From NCBI RefSeq assembly GCF_018350175.1, contig NC_058368.1:41852001-41916000 (forward strand): DNA of 64,000 nt. Direction: 5' to 3'. Source of the stretch: Felis catus (taxonomy: Eukaryota). Of this stretch, positions 51,408 through 63,641 are shown piece by piece; within the stretch, counting starts at the first letter, position 1; every line of letters begins with the position of its first letter. The notes beneath the pieces are model-generated. The model did not search any database and had not been told where the DNA came from. It worked only from the letters and a program-made list of their open reading frames with translations. The translations under genes and the position numbers were made by a program.

Positions 51408-51628
51408 GAAGGAAGGAAGGAAGGAAGGAAGGAAGGAAGGAAGGAAGGAAGGAAGGAAGGAAGGAAGGAAGGAAGGAAGGAAGGAAGGAAGGAAGGAAGA
51501 AAAGAAAAGAAAGAAAGGAAGAAAGGAAGGAAGAAAGGAAGGAAGAAAGAGGGGGAGGAAGGAAGGAAGGAAGGAAGGAAGGAAGGAAGGAAGGAAGGAA
51601 GGAAGGAAGGAAGGAAGGAAGGAAGAAA

Positions 51629-51693
<65 letters not shown>

Positions 51694-51701
51694 TGCTAAC
51701 A
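50906..51701 (+). mobile_element. Putative ERV-derived segment (ERV1 LTR-like) with a compound STR inside its 3' end
   Basis: Abruptly GC-richer than flanks. Begins TGTAAC, has AATAAA at 51291, a U5-like cttcttggtgcatagggaaaaga, and ends ...TAACA after the STR. No matching TSD. Confidence 0.45.
51335..51692. repeat. Compound (AAAG)n(AAGG)n...(AAGG)n(AAAG)n STR, 358 bp of pure purine
   Basis: Seen directly. Confidence 0.98.
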
Positions 51702-52629
51702 AGGAGATCTTGTTTAATTTAAAACTGAAAATGCGCATTCTTAACAGTATTCCATGTGTTCCTTGTAAGGTTTGTGCCCAGTTTCCCTATGAGAGCCATC
51801 TCCTTCCTGAGAGATTCAGGAACCTGAGTATTTTACATACCATTTTTCCATCAGGGATAAAGCAGTCTTCGACTCTAAGGTATTTCACCACGTGGTGAAT
51901 CATTATTAAACATTTTGCTGACTCTCAAATGTCAAACATAATCTCTTGTGTCATAAAGAATTTCATTAAACAACACAGAAAAAAAGAACAGAGTGATTTT
52001 AGGAAATTTTCCTCCTCTGTATTCATTCATTATGAGCCTTATTATTCCTTTTCCATCCTCTGTTCTCCTGCCAACTATAAATCATCTCTTCCTCATCCAA
52101 ATGCTTCTACCCCAATTGTCCATTTATATATTTAAGAAAAATGTACCTAGACTTAAAAAGTCACTTTTTCAATAGTCAGCAACAATCATCATACTAGTGA
52201 ATTCTAACAGGTTCAAATATTGAACAATTAAAATAAATGAGAATCCCAAGAAGTATTCACCATCGTAGTAATATGCATCGTAAAGAACTGAAAAATCAAA
52301 CTGACCCCCCAAAATCTCCCCTCCACCAGTCAGTAGCACACTCACTTTCAAGGACCTTTAAATAAGCTACGTGCATTTTACTTAAAGGCATTAAGCTCTC
52401 CAGAAAGGATAAAGCAAATAGAGTCAAAGTGACTTCTGACACAGCACTGTCATCTAACAGGAGGTAGAGTTATAAAATAATTCATACAGTCTGAGAACCC
52501 TTCAGTGCTTTCTGTTCTAAAGTTGTGTGTTAGGCATCCAGAAGGTGATATAAAGGTTTAATTAATATATAGGTGAGAAACAGCAGTATTTTGCAATTTT
52601 GCCGATGGCTAGCTTTGATAGTCTTTCTC

Positions 52630-52917
52630 TGCGCTCGCTATCCAATAAGGTGCCTATGACACACATGTGGCTATTGAGCACTGGAAAGGTGCCTAGAGGC
52701 TAAATTTAATTAATTAAATTTTTACTCCACAAACTGAAGTAAAATATTTTTCTGTTAAACAGACTATTGTTCTAGGAAAACTTCATTTCACATTAGCTGT
52801 CACATTGCATAAGGTGTTATTGTAGTACACATACACTCCTTACCTTTATCTTAACACAGCTACTAGAAAGTTTAGAATTTCATATTTGGCTCACATACGT
52901 CTATTCTACAGGGCTGC
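52630..52917. mobile_element. Charlie1-derived hAT MITE (MER3/MER33-like)
   Basis: ctatccaataagg...cacatgtggctattgagcactggaaa start; gctactagaaagtttagaatttcatatttggctcacat...cagggctg end. Confidence 0.8.
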
Positions 52918-54482
52918 TCTATTAATAGGCTACTTAAAAATTATGGTCTTTAATATGATCAAAATATTTTTTCTTAAAGTTTATTAGATTTTTAAATACA
53001 AATGTGATTTATTCTTGATAAAAACTGAAACTATATAAAAACTGAAACTATATAAAAACACATTTAAGTAACATAACAATCTCCCAAGGCTAGCAATTTT
53101 AATTGCCAAAATTTTAAAACAATGTTCCCCTTGTATTGCAAAAGGATAAGAATATGGAAGTATATGCATGTGAGGAATGTCTAGATATATAAATAGAAGT
53201 TAACTGAATGAAGATAAAACTTTTAATAAAATAGAAGTAAACACTCAAGGCAGTTTGTAGAAATATTGATAGAGTAAAAATCCCACTGTAAAATCTTCCT
53301 TTAAGAACCAGTCAATTCCTTCCACAAAAATGCTTGTTATCTACAACTTGGAATTGCACTAAATCTTACTGCTAACTTATCTTCATAAATGTGTACTTAA
53401 TTGCTAATATCACATAATTCTTGTTTTATGCCATAATTATTAAGCAATGGAATAACTCATTTCCCAAAAGTTTTCAGAATATACGTCTTTATCCTGTGAA
53501 GAAACATGAAGACATTGTTTTCCAAAATATAGTGTAGGTAATATCAGTGTTTCTGGAGAGAGGTTAAAAATCTGTATTTCCAGAGTCTCCACGGGAACTG
53601 TTTGATTTAGTTAGAATCAACATATAAAGAGATGATTCTCTTTCATGATTAACCTAAACAATAATTTAGAATTGTTGTAAGAAAATACTAGTGTGTAATT
53701 TTTTTCTCCTTTACTGATATAATCTCCTTGTTTTATTCTTTGAAGAAAAAGAGGCATGAAAGGTCAGATAGTGTATTGGATAAGGGTAATTAGATCCACT
53801 GATAATTTCTGAGGGAATGTGAGCAAGCAATTTGATTTATTCAAGCTTCATTTTTCTTATCTTTACAAAAGCGATAATAATTGTATCGATCCCATCTTAT
53901 TTTAAGATCCAAAAGATCATAAAGCGATGTACATCTTTCAATGACTGATTTAAATCTTAGTATTTCCAAGTTATTGTTGTTATCTATTCCCCTACCTCTT
54001 TCACTCAGATTACATCTATTGACCACCCTTTATGTGCAAAAATTAGGTAGGGCCTTGTTAAATGAAGGAATATAAGATATCATCATATCCCTATAAATCT
54101 GTAAAGTCAAGAAAAGAGACAAATAATGTGTGAGACACGCCAAAACAAAAGTTTAAAACTTCTTACCATCATGCACAAATCCATGAAGCAGAATGGATGG
54201 TTCCCAACTACAAATCCAACTTCATTTCAAGCCACTTGGCCCTTAGAGCTCACTGTTCCTCAGACACACTGACCTCTTCTCTGCTTCTCAAATACCCTTT
54301 CTTTCCTGCATCTGCAAGATGAGCCATTGTACTTGTTGACTCATTTTGTTTTTCAGGTTGCAAATTAATACAATCTTCCTAAAAAGGTCTTGGCTGATTC
54401 TTTTTTCTAAGGTGATCTGCTCGATTTATGTCCTTCTCATGACAACATCTATTGCCTTCAAAGTATTTTTTGATATTTGTCA

Positions 54483-54500
54483 TTTTCTTTTTCTTTCTTT

Positions 54501-54568
<68 letters not shown>

Positions 54569-54632
54569 TCCTTCCTTCCTTCCTTCCTTCCTTCCTTCCT
54601 TCCTTCCTTCCTTCCTTCCTTCCTTCCTTCCT

Positions 54633-54692
<60 letters not shown>

Positions 54693-54696
54693 TTCT
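54483..54696. repeat. Compound (TTTC)n(TTCC)n(TTTC)n STR, 214 bp of pure pyrimidine
   Basis: Seen directly. Confidence 0.98.
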
Positions 54697-54704
54697 AACT
54701 CCTC

Positions 54705-54955
54705 CTATGGTCAGATACCCAAACTTCTTTTCAGCTTCTCCCTTCAAAGGATGGAGTCTATTTATCTATGCTTTAATCTGGGCCAGCCATGTAAGACTAG
54801 TATAGATCACCAAGTCCAGCTAATTGCCATTGAATGCAGCCCCAAGTGTAAACCCAGATTAGACCAGTAGAATATTTCAGAGTGAACCCACAGAATTTTG
54901 AGAAAGAAAAATGGCTATGGTTTGAATGGTTTGTTTATAGGTAATTAATATATAT
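54705..54955 (+). mobile_element. MaLR LTR relic (MLT1F/H-like), internally deleted
   Basis: ctcccttcaaaggatggagtctattt...aatctgggccagcc; tgaacccacagaattttgagaaa...aatggtttgtt. Confidence 0.65.
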
Positions 54956-55199
54956 ACCCTCAAGAAATTAAACTTTGAGCACAGAGATTGTCAACATTGG
55001 CTATTTCTGTGTTCACAGAGCCAAGAGCTATGGCTAGAATAATGTTTAACAAATACATGTGGAGAGAGGTGGCCAGATAAAAAAGTGGACTAATAAATTT
55101 TGACTTCTAGGAAAGGTATCAGGGGCACTTCACACATGATCTGAAACAGGATAAGTAATGCTTACGAGGTAAAACACTTTCCAAGTAAACATTTATTCC

Positions 55200-55730
55200 C
55201 TTGGTTATCTTTCCTTAAATAGTCTTAACAAATCACTTCCCTCCAATGGCTTCTAATTTCATCAGGATAAATGCAAACTCCTCAGCAGAGTAAACATGAT
55301 CCTTCAAAAGCTGGCACTTGTATTCTGTTCCATAGTTATCTTCAGAAATTCCATCTTTACACATCCTACACTCTTTCCATATCAGATTATGTCCCATTTC
55401 CAGACACACTTCCAACTTTGAGGATGATGAACCTCTCTTAGAATGCCCTTTCTACTTTTCTGAGTATGGGCTAACTCTACAGAGCTTTCAAAGCCTATTT
55501 TTAGTTTCATGTCTCATGAGATGCATTTACTAAGGCAGGAGAGTAATCTGTACTCCGCATAGTTCGTGACATACGTAGAGTATATTTCTTTTAGTAAGCT
55601 TTAAAAACTTCTTATTTTCTCTCTTTTAAGATTACATATTCCTTGAGGGTAGACATCTTACCTATTGTCTTCCCTATCTTTGGCAGATAGATATTCACTA
55701 CAAACAGTTGTGAGGTGAACAAATAAGGCT
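55200..55730 (+). mobile_element. L2 3' fragment
   Basis: cctccaatggcttc...caggataaatgcaaactcctcagc; tagaatgcccttt; ttccttgagggtagac...tggcagatagatattcac. Confidence 0.7.
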
Positions 55731-57149
55731 TAGAAGTATTTGGTGAGGGACAGCAATCCAATATTCATGCTGTGAATTTTACGAGCCTGTAAGCTTACAC
55801 ATATTTTGTTTATAGATGGAGTTGAATAGTCCCACAAAACAAGACTGGAAAATTTCTATGATCATATTTCCCTAACTCAAAACTTAAAAAGCTGTAGATT
55901 CCTGCTATTTCTCACTCTTTCCTCCCACCCTGGAAGATGGACATAATAAGAGTCTATTTCAAGGTTCCCTGGAAACAGAAAAACATGTCAGAAATGAGAA
56001 AATGCTTGTGGATCATAATAAGAAAGAAGACCAATTTATAAACATCATTACTAGAAAAGACCAGGCTGTTACAGTCATTATTCTTTAACTCAGTAAGTAA
56101 AGACAGTGAGTGGGCTTAAGTCCATTCTGTGGTTATAGTAGGTTATAGGCCGCTCTCTTCTAATGGACAGAGACCATGTCTGTTTTAAATCCTAGTTATG
56201 GCGCCAAGCAACAAGGAAGCTTAATAAATGCTTAATGAGGATAAGATACCGTCTATTGCATTCAAAGCGATTTGATTTTAAAACAAAAATGCAAATTAGT
56301 TTTAGAAGCTAACTTGAAAAAGTGTTCTATGAAAGCACCTATGCTTTGGTAAATAATAGCCAAAAGGAAGAAATACTTTTTCAATATCTTTAAATGTCTA
56401 TGCCTCGCTTTATAACACTAGATTAAATACATGGAAAATTCTTTGTTGTGTCGGAAAAGCTGCAAGGCTGTAACAAATGATGGACAAGTTCTCATTCTTA
56501 GGCATTGCCTATAGCTAGGGACTTGCATATTTTTATTGTTATGATGGTATTGATTGTTAAGTCAACAGAAAGCTATCACAAGGGATTGCAAATTTCTATA
56601 CCAATACTCTGTTCTGTAACATTAAAATGTCATTACTGAATCACCAACTTTTTACCCTGCTGTAATATTATTCTCTGTTGATTGCCTGCCTGAGCTGAAA
56701 TTTGAAACTGTCACCCTCAGACTTGCAAAAGTGATTCAACTTCACTTATAAGGAAAGTGAAATTAAATATTCATTCACAGGCTGCATTTCAAGTTCAAAC
56801 TGTCTGAAGCTCCTTAAGGCAAAATGTATTTAAGTTGAAACACATTTTTTCTTCATTTTTATGCAGCAAAAATTCAGAATGGGTATCATGGGTGGACAAA
56901 TTGCAAAATAATAATTTATTTTGAACTTTACATGGGGAGAGGGTCAGGCTTTCTTTCTTCCTTATGCAACCTCTTTACTGTTTCTGGCCTAAGCCATCTA
57001 TCTCCTTTGTCAGAAAAACTGCATGTATTTGTGGGTGTTGTTTATTGTTTGATTTTTTTTTTTTGTATGTGTCATGTTCTAGCATTAATCAAGTTGTAAA
57101 GCATCTAAGGATTCAATGAAAGCATAGCTGGGTCTATGCCTGCCACAGG

Positions 57150-57345
57150 GACATTGGATTACCTGGTCCTAAGTGTGCAGACCAAATGGGTACAAACCTG
57201 GCTCTATTTCCTGTTACCTATGACAGCTGTTTAACCACTATGATTTGACTTGTCTACAAGGCTGCTGTACAGATAAAATAAGTTATTTGATATAAACCAT
57301 TGAAAATAGTGCTTGGGACATGGTACTTTCTGAATAAATGTTGCT
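57150..57345 (+). mobile_element. MIR
   Basis: cagaccaaatgggtacaaacctggctct...atagtgcttgggacatggtac...aataaatgttg. Confidence 0.65.
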
Positions 57346-57415
57346 CTAAAGGAGTGTTACCTATTATTTGGACACTTCGTGATGGTAACCATTTGCATTT
57401 GAAAAAGACCTGACA

Positions 57416-58451
57416 CAAGAGAATTAAAAGCAAAAAGGAACTATTGGGACCTCATGAAGATAAAAAGCTTCTGCACAGCAAAGGAAACAATCAACAAAAC
57501 TAAAAGGCAACCAATGGAATGGGAAAAGATATTTGCAAATGACATATCATGACAAAGGGCTAGTATCCAAAATCTATAAAGAACTCACCAAACTCCACAC
57601 CCAAAAAACAAATAATCCAGTGAAGAAATGGGCAGAAGACATGAATAGACACTTCTCTAAAGAAGACATCCAGATGGCCAACAGGCACATGAAAAGATGC
57701 TCAACGTCACTCCTCATCAGGGAAATACAAATTCCCACCTCATGCCAGTCAGATGGCTAAAATGAACAAATCAGGAGATTATAGATGCTGGCGAGGATAT
57801 GGAGAAACGGGAACCCTCTTGCACTGTTGGTGAGAATGCAACCTGGTACATCCACTCTGGAAAACAGTGTGGAGGTTCCTCAAAAAATTAAAAATAGATC
57901 TACCTTATGACCCAGCAATAGCACTGCTAGGAAGTTACCCAAGGGATATAGGAGCGCTAATGAATAGGGGCACTTGTACCCCAATGTTTATAGCAGCACA
58001 TTCAACAACAGCCAAATTATGGAAAGAGCCTAAATGTCCATCAACTGATGAATGGATAAAGAAATTGTGGTTTATATATATGATAGAATACTACTTGGCA
58101 ATGAGAAAGAATGAAATATGGCCTTTTGCAGCAACGTGGATAGAACTGAAGAGTGTTATGCTAAGTGAAATAAGTCATACAGAGAAAGACAGATACCATA
58201 TGTTTTCACTCTTATGCGGATCCTGAGAAACTTAACAGAAGACCATGGGGGAGGGGAAGAGAAAAAAAAAAGAAAGGGAGGGAGGCAAACCATAAGAGAC
58301 TCTTAAAAACTGAAAATAAACTGAGGGTTGATGGGGGTGGGAGGGAGGGGGTGGTTGGGTGATGGGTATTGAGGAGGGCACCTCTTGGGGATGAGCACTG
58401 GGTGTTGTATGGAAACCAATTTGACAATAAATTTCATATTAAAAAGAAAAA
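57416..58451 (+). mobile_element. Young 5'-truncated felid L1 (L1_Fc-like): ORF2 C-terminus + 3'UTR
   Basis: ORF track gives the L1 ORF2 C-terminus ([70 protein letters not shown]). G-rich 3'UTR, AATAAA. Perfect 15-bp TSD gaaaaagacctgaca at 57401-57415 and 58452-58466. Confidence 0.98.
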
Positions 58452-58552
58452 GAAAAAGACCTGACATTTTAGGGACTTCTCACACATTATCTCTTTCATG
58501 ATCAGAACAAGCACATAAAATAGTCACAAACAGTAAAACTTACATACAAATT

Positions 58553-59013
58553 TGTGGTGGATGTTGTACATTGGCTGTTTAAGATCCATTCTACCCCCTT
58601 CTCTGTACCTTCCTGTACTACAGAAGGTGGAAAGGTAAAACTACATTTCCCAAATGTCTTTGCAACCATGGTCTCCATTAAATTTAGGTTTTCACCAATC
58701 AGATGAACTTACATTTATATTCAGAACTGAGTTAAGTGAAGGACAGGCGAAGTGCCAAGAATCAATTCTGCTGGTGTGGATTCTAACAGCGTCTCTCTTT
58801 TTGTTAGCAGCTTTGTAATTCAATGGCTCCTTACAAAGTCAGCAGGAGTTTTCCCAATCCAGGACAGGGTTAGTGTCTCAGAGGGCCTGGTAATCATTAT
58901 TGGAAGCTGAGCCTAGAGCCTGCCCCTACAGTTCATTCACTGATTCTGTAAGCCACCTTTCTATTTAAATAAGTTAAAGGGGTTTTGTTTGCAAATGAAC
59001 CTTAACCTATTCA
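58553..59013 (+). mobile_element. ERVL solo LTR (LTR16-like)
   Basis: tgtggtggatgttg start; ctacatttccca...tttaggttttcaccaatcagatg; end gaaccttaacctattca. Confidence 0.75.
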
Positions 59014-59503
59014 GCATCAAAGCCAAATGGACTTGGATAGAATTCTTATTTCTGTTTCTTAAAGGTATGAACTTGGGCAAATGGTCAAGATGATTTTTTA
59101 CTGTAATTTAGTCATCTATAAAATCTAGATCTAAAAGGGAAGAACATATTTAGGGGAAGAAAATAAGGCTCAGTTTGTTAATTGGCTGATACAAGGGGCT
59201 ATTTTGTGGTAGATTCAGAATAAGAATCCCCATCATCAAACACCTAGTCAAATGCTCTTTTCCATTATACCATGCTGCTTTCCAGAAGGAGTAAATATTG
59301 CTCAAATTATTCTCTGCTTGTAGGAAGGGATGCAATATTGAAGAGATGGCTTGTTTTGACAAAATACTTGGAATGTCTAAGACTATGAGCTTTCACACAG
59401 AAATGACAAATTGTTAGCTATATCCTTATACTCCTGACCTGAGACAGATGGGTTAATGTTTGCGTGTGTTTATTCGTTTTACCATCAACTATGAGGATAC
59501 AGA

Positions 59504-59678
59504 GCAATGGATCTCAATTCTAATATTAGAATCACCTGGGAAGATTTCAAGGATTACTGAAGCCCAAACTCCACCCAGTCCAAATGAACAAGAATTTCTA
59601 GAGGGGCACCTACGTAAATGTATCCTTAAAAGGTCCTCAGGTAATTTTAAAACAGAGTCATGAATCTTTGGTACCGAG
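59504..59678. mobile_element. MER5A-like MITE
   Basis: attagaatcacctggga...gaatttctagagg...tcctcaggtaattttaa. Confidence 0.75.
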
Positions 59679-59777
59679 CAACATTCTATTGCCATCTGAG
59701 CAAAGGCATATGTGGAAGTAGCTTCTTTACCCTTCTTTCTGAAAACTAAGGCTATTATTCTAGAAAAAAAGGGGGGG

Positions 59778-60006
59778 TTATTTATTTATTTGTTTATTTT
59801 CAAGTGTAGTCATTTATTTTGAGAGACAGCATGCACACATGGGGTGCTGGGTAGGGACAGAGGGCGGGGGTGGGGAGAGAATCTCCCAAGAGAGAATCTG
59901 ACAGTGCAGAGCCGGGCATGGGGCTCAATACCACCAACTGTGAGATCATGATCTGAGCTGAAATCAAGAGTTGGACGGTTAACTGACTGAGCCACCTAGG
60001 CACCCC
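59778..60006 (-). mobile_element. Older Can-SINE (SINEC_Fc3-like)
   Basis: gagagaatctcccaag...gagctgaaatcaagagttggac...gccacctaggcacccc. Confidence 0.95.
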
Positions 60007-60684
60007 TCAAAATAAAGGTTTTACATCACAGAGTAGTAAAGACCTTTTTAGAGCATTGTATCTCAGCACTCACTCCCAGGGAACCGAATGACTTCCCCAT
60101 ACCATCCTGGTCTCTCAGCCACATGCTGAGAGGAGAAATATATCGCTTTGTGTACCACCTTCAGGCTGTGGGCCTGGATGCCACATTTCCAAAGTACTGA
60201 TTTACATGCTTCTCAAAACATGTTTGTGTTTTCTCTTTTCCATGTGCTTTTCTCTAATGCAACAGTTCATTGAAACGTGTGCTAATCAGATAACAGACGT
60301 TGAATTCTTAATTTTTGTGTTGCTCACTACTAATCATAATATAGAAGTATCAACAGGTACTTTGAAATGCAGATATCAAGTAAGTACACAAGAACTTTGT
60401 ACTCAATTAATCAATTTTTCACAAGCACTGAACTTCATTAGACAGGGAATCTTGACACCCCAGAGATATTCACAAAAAGCCCACATCAAATAATGTTACT
60501 CAATACCATCCATCATATTAGCCAGTCGTCTTACTCACTCCTACTGTCTTGCACCGTATGGCAAGACTGAGTAACAGACGTCGTGCCATCCAATCTACTT
60601 TATGAAAACACGTTTATGTTTGTAATGAAGAAACGGGTAGCTACTTTCTTTTGAAAAACTCTTGGGGAGGTAATACTGTGAAAC

Positions 60685-60890
60685 TGCTATTTGGTGTCAG
60701 ACAGAGCTTGATTCAAATCCCAACCCCGTCACTTACGGACCTCCCAAGCTTCCTCCCTCATAGGTAAATTGTGACAATGAAAAAAAAAAAAAAAAACTTC
60801 TCAGGATGTTGTGAGGACTTGAGATCATAAACATAATGGCTTTGAATTCTGCTTGGCATATTGTACGTATTTATAAATGTGCCTATTGTA
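60685..60890 (+). mobile_element. MIR
   Basis: gtcagacagagcttgattcaaatccca...ggatgttgtgagga...gcttggcatattg. Confidence 0.7.
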
Positions 60891-60963
60891 AAAGATTATT
60901 ATAGAATATTAGGTGTAAAAGAGGTGGAGGTCTGTGGAGGTAGCAGTCAAAAAGAAGCCAGCA

Positions 60964-61190
60964 GGGGCGCCTGGGTGGCGCAGTCGGTTAAGCGTCCGAC
61001 TTCAGCCAGGTCACGATCTCGCGGTCCGTGAGTTCAAGCCCCGCGTCAGGCTCTGGGCTGATGGCTCAGAGCCTGGAGCTTGTTTCTGATTCTGTGTCTC
61101 CCTCTCTCTCTGCCCCTCCCCCATTCATGCTCTGTCTCTCTCTGTCCCCAAAATAAATAAATGTTGAAAAAAAAATTAAAAAAAAAAAAA
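60964..61190 (+). mobile_element. Young felid Can-SINE (SINEC_Fc-like)
   Basis: CpG-rich head ggggcgcctgggtggcgcagtcggttaagcgtccg. TSD aagccagca at 60955-60963 and 61191-61199. Confidence 0.98.
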
Positions 61191-61222
61191 AAGCCAGCAG
61201 ATTCTCAAATCCGACTCTATAG

Positions 61223-61795
61223 TGTAACTGAGTTCTGACCAAGGGCCCCTCAGCCTGACTAAATTTCCGATGTGTTTCTTCCTGACTCTAGACCCCTGAA
61301 CTCCCTGCTCTTAGAGCATTTACTTTAGAAAGCTTGAAATTGTGAGTTCATTCTCTATTTCTCTGAAATATTTGCAAATCTTCTCCCAGGCTCTTATCAG
61401 TTTTACAACCCAGGAAATGCCTTTCTCAAGGACCTGGGAACCATGTCTTTTAAATGTAAACTTTGGAGGAGGGAGCATCCCTATATCCCACTCTCTGTGG
61501 GAGCCTAGGAGCCCAACTTCTTAGATGGGTGGCAATTAGCAAACACAGTTGCCTCAGTCAGAGGAAAACAACAAAAAAGTCACCCGCAGACTCAGGAGTA
61601 CCTAAAGTAATTTAACAGCGCCCACTGATCCACCTCTCCTACAGTGGCCTCCAGTGCTTGCCTATGGCGCACCCAGGGCTTCAAACTCCCCTCAACTTTT
61701 GTTTCCTCAGTCAGTCTCTCCCCTGTGCTGCAGTAATCTTGAACAAAGTCTTCCTTGCCTGTTTAATTTTAGCTGGTGCAATGTCTGCTTTGACA
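61223..61795 (+). mobile_element. ERV1 LTR (MER34/MER39-like)
   Basis: TG...CA ends; cttagagcatttactttagaaa; agttttacaacccaggaa...tttctcaaggacctggga; aattagcaaacacag; aaagtcttccttgcctgtttaa...tttgaca. Confidence 0.88.
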
Positions 61796-62839
61796 GTTCG
61801 CGCGGAGCCCGGTGACATCTTCCTGGAACTCACAAATTCACACGAAGATCGGGAAGAAAAAAAAGCAGCTTACCTGGACACTTAAGACATTGTTCTATGA
61901 AAACCAACATGTGCATGTTATGGAGAATTCAATTTTCATATGTACTTATGAGGTAAAGAAATTTCACTGCATTTCCAAATGAAGACTGATCAATTTGGTC
62001 TGGACTTGCAGGTTCCCCTTGTTTTCTGTTCACTCTTCTCCCCTCACAAAAGTACAGCAGACAATTTTGAAAAGTTCTGTCTCAAGGTATCTCTCAGGAT
62101 TATAAGTGGTGGAGCCAGGACCCAACAGCTACACTGAACTACGAGTTATTAATATGCATCATTATTTCTATATCTTCAATGAAAGCATTTTTCTTAACAA
62201 AACTATTGAGTGTTTTGCATTTTAATGGGCCTCGTTTAAAAAAAATACATGCATTGCCATGCTGTTCAGGGATTTAATAATTTTGTTTTTGTTTTCCACT
62301 TATAAAGCAGCCAAGTCCTGAATTGCGTACTTTGATTTGAAAGGCATATTTTTAACATCTTTACATTACATCCTCTACTTACAGACTAGCTGTGTTTGAA
62401 TTTTTAAGAGGATGAAATGTATGCAAAAGTAGACCTTTCAGATGACCCCTGAAATTTCTCATCAGAGTGCTGTTAAATTTTTGTTAGCTATAAACAACTA
62501 GGTGAAATTTGGAAGCCAAGAAATTTGTTGTGGCAATGCTTCCTTTACTTACTAAAGAAAACCACTCTTTCCAATAAACATGCAGGATAAATGGTGTCAA
62601 TGAGGCCTGAAATTGTGATGAGCTTTGAACGTTCCAATGCTCCTCTCAGGATTAATATCCAGAAAGATTCTGATATTAAATCTGTCGCGTCGCAATTCCT
62701 GAAGTATTTATGTAACATACAATCACTGTAAATTGGAGTACTGTTCTGAATAAATATGAAAATGCTTACATTATTTGCATTGTTGTTGTTTTTCATTGTA
62801 TATATACAATATAGGATAGTGTCCTATTGAATTTCATTG

Positions 62840-63045
62840 ACTCTAAATCCCTATAAACTTGAATTGGAATTTTTATTCCTCCATTTACTAGCTGCATGCT
62901 CTGGGGCATATGATTTAACCTCCTCGGGTATTAACTGCCTCATCTCTAAAATGCAGATAAGAAGATCACACATGCTCATAGCCTTCTTAGGAGAATTAAA
63001 TGAGATCATGAACGCCAAGTACTTGTACAGCTTCTGCCACAGTTG
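62840..63045 (+). mobile_element. MIR
   Basis: catttactagctg...tttaacctc...cctcatctctaaaatg...attaaatgagat. Confidence 0.8.
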
Positions 63046-63176
63046 TAACTGCTTTGTCACTGCTCCGTGGATGACGGTAGAGGTGGCCGTGGTATAGACT
63101 GGTCAAGTTATCATAACTGATGGGTCTTACCTACGTTTGATAACTTTTTAGCTCCACTCCATTTTGAAAAGAAATG

Positions 63177-63344
63177 CAGGGGCAAGTTTGCCATGAAGTT
63201 CACGAAGCTTAACTTTTAGGGATTCTCCCTTGTATAGGTCTCTTTCTAATTCACACTTACAAATATCCACATTTATAATTTTAGATACTATCTTTAAAAA
63301 GGGTCCCACGACTTTTATGGTATTTAGGGCTGGATCCATGGCTG
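63177..63344. mobile_element. MER96B-like hAT MITE
   Basis: caggggcaagtttgccatgaagttcacgaagcttaa start; ctggatccatggctg end. Confidence 0.65.
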
Positions 63345-63439
63345 CCTACTTTTTGACTGAGCTTTTAGTGAAACAGAAAACAGTGTAATTTATCCAACAA
63401 AAATCTATATATAGATACATTAAGAACTAGATGTATATA

Positions 63440-63630
63440 AGAGTACGTGGGTGGCTGAGTCGGTTAATCATCCTACTCTTGATTTGGATTCAAGTCATAA
63501 TCTCATGGTTTGTGGGTTCCAGCCCTGAATCAGGCTCCATGCGATCAGGACAGCTCCTGCTTGGGATTCTCTCTCTCCCTTTCTTCCCGTCCCCCACTCT
63601 CTCTCTCAAAGTAAATAAATTAATTTAAAA
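63440..63630 (+). mobile_element. Older Can-SINE (SINEC_Fc3-like)
   Basis: gggtggctgagtcggttaa...actcttgattt...cctgcttgggattctctctctc. Outer TSD aagaa(c/t)tagatg(t/c)ata at 63422 and 63867. Confidence 0.93.
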
Positions 63631-63641
63631 AAAAAGAATTA

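Larger units (their letters stand above)
54205..55065 (+). mobile_element. L2 3' fragment interrupted by an STR and an MLT1 LTR
   Basis: cacactgacctcttctctgcttctcaaatac; tail aactttgagcacagagattgtc...tgtttaacaaatacatgt. Confidence 0.55.

Noticed and set aside
51201..51898. 157-190 aa ORFs rich in KER/EGRK or FLS/LPS
   Set aside because: Translations of the AAAG/AAGG microsatellite, which has no stop codons.
54346..54870. Overlapping 73-174 aa low-complexity ORFs
   Set aside because: Same artefact from the TTTC/TTCC STR.
57533..58226. Two ORFs with real protein similarity
   Set aside because: Frameshifted C-terminal remnants of L1 ORF2 in a 5'-truncated copy; not a gene.
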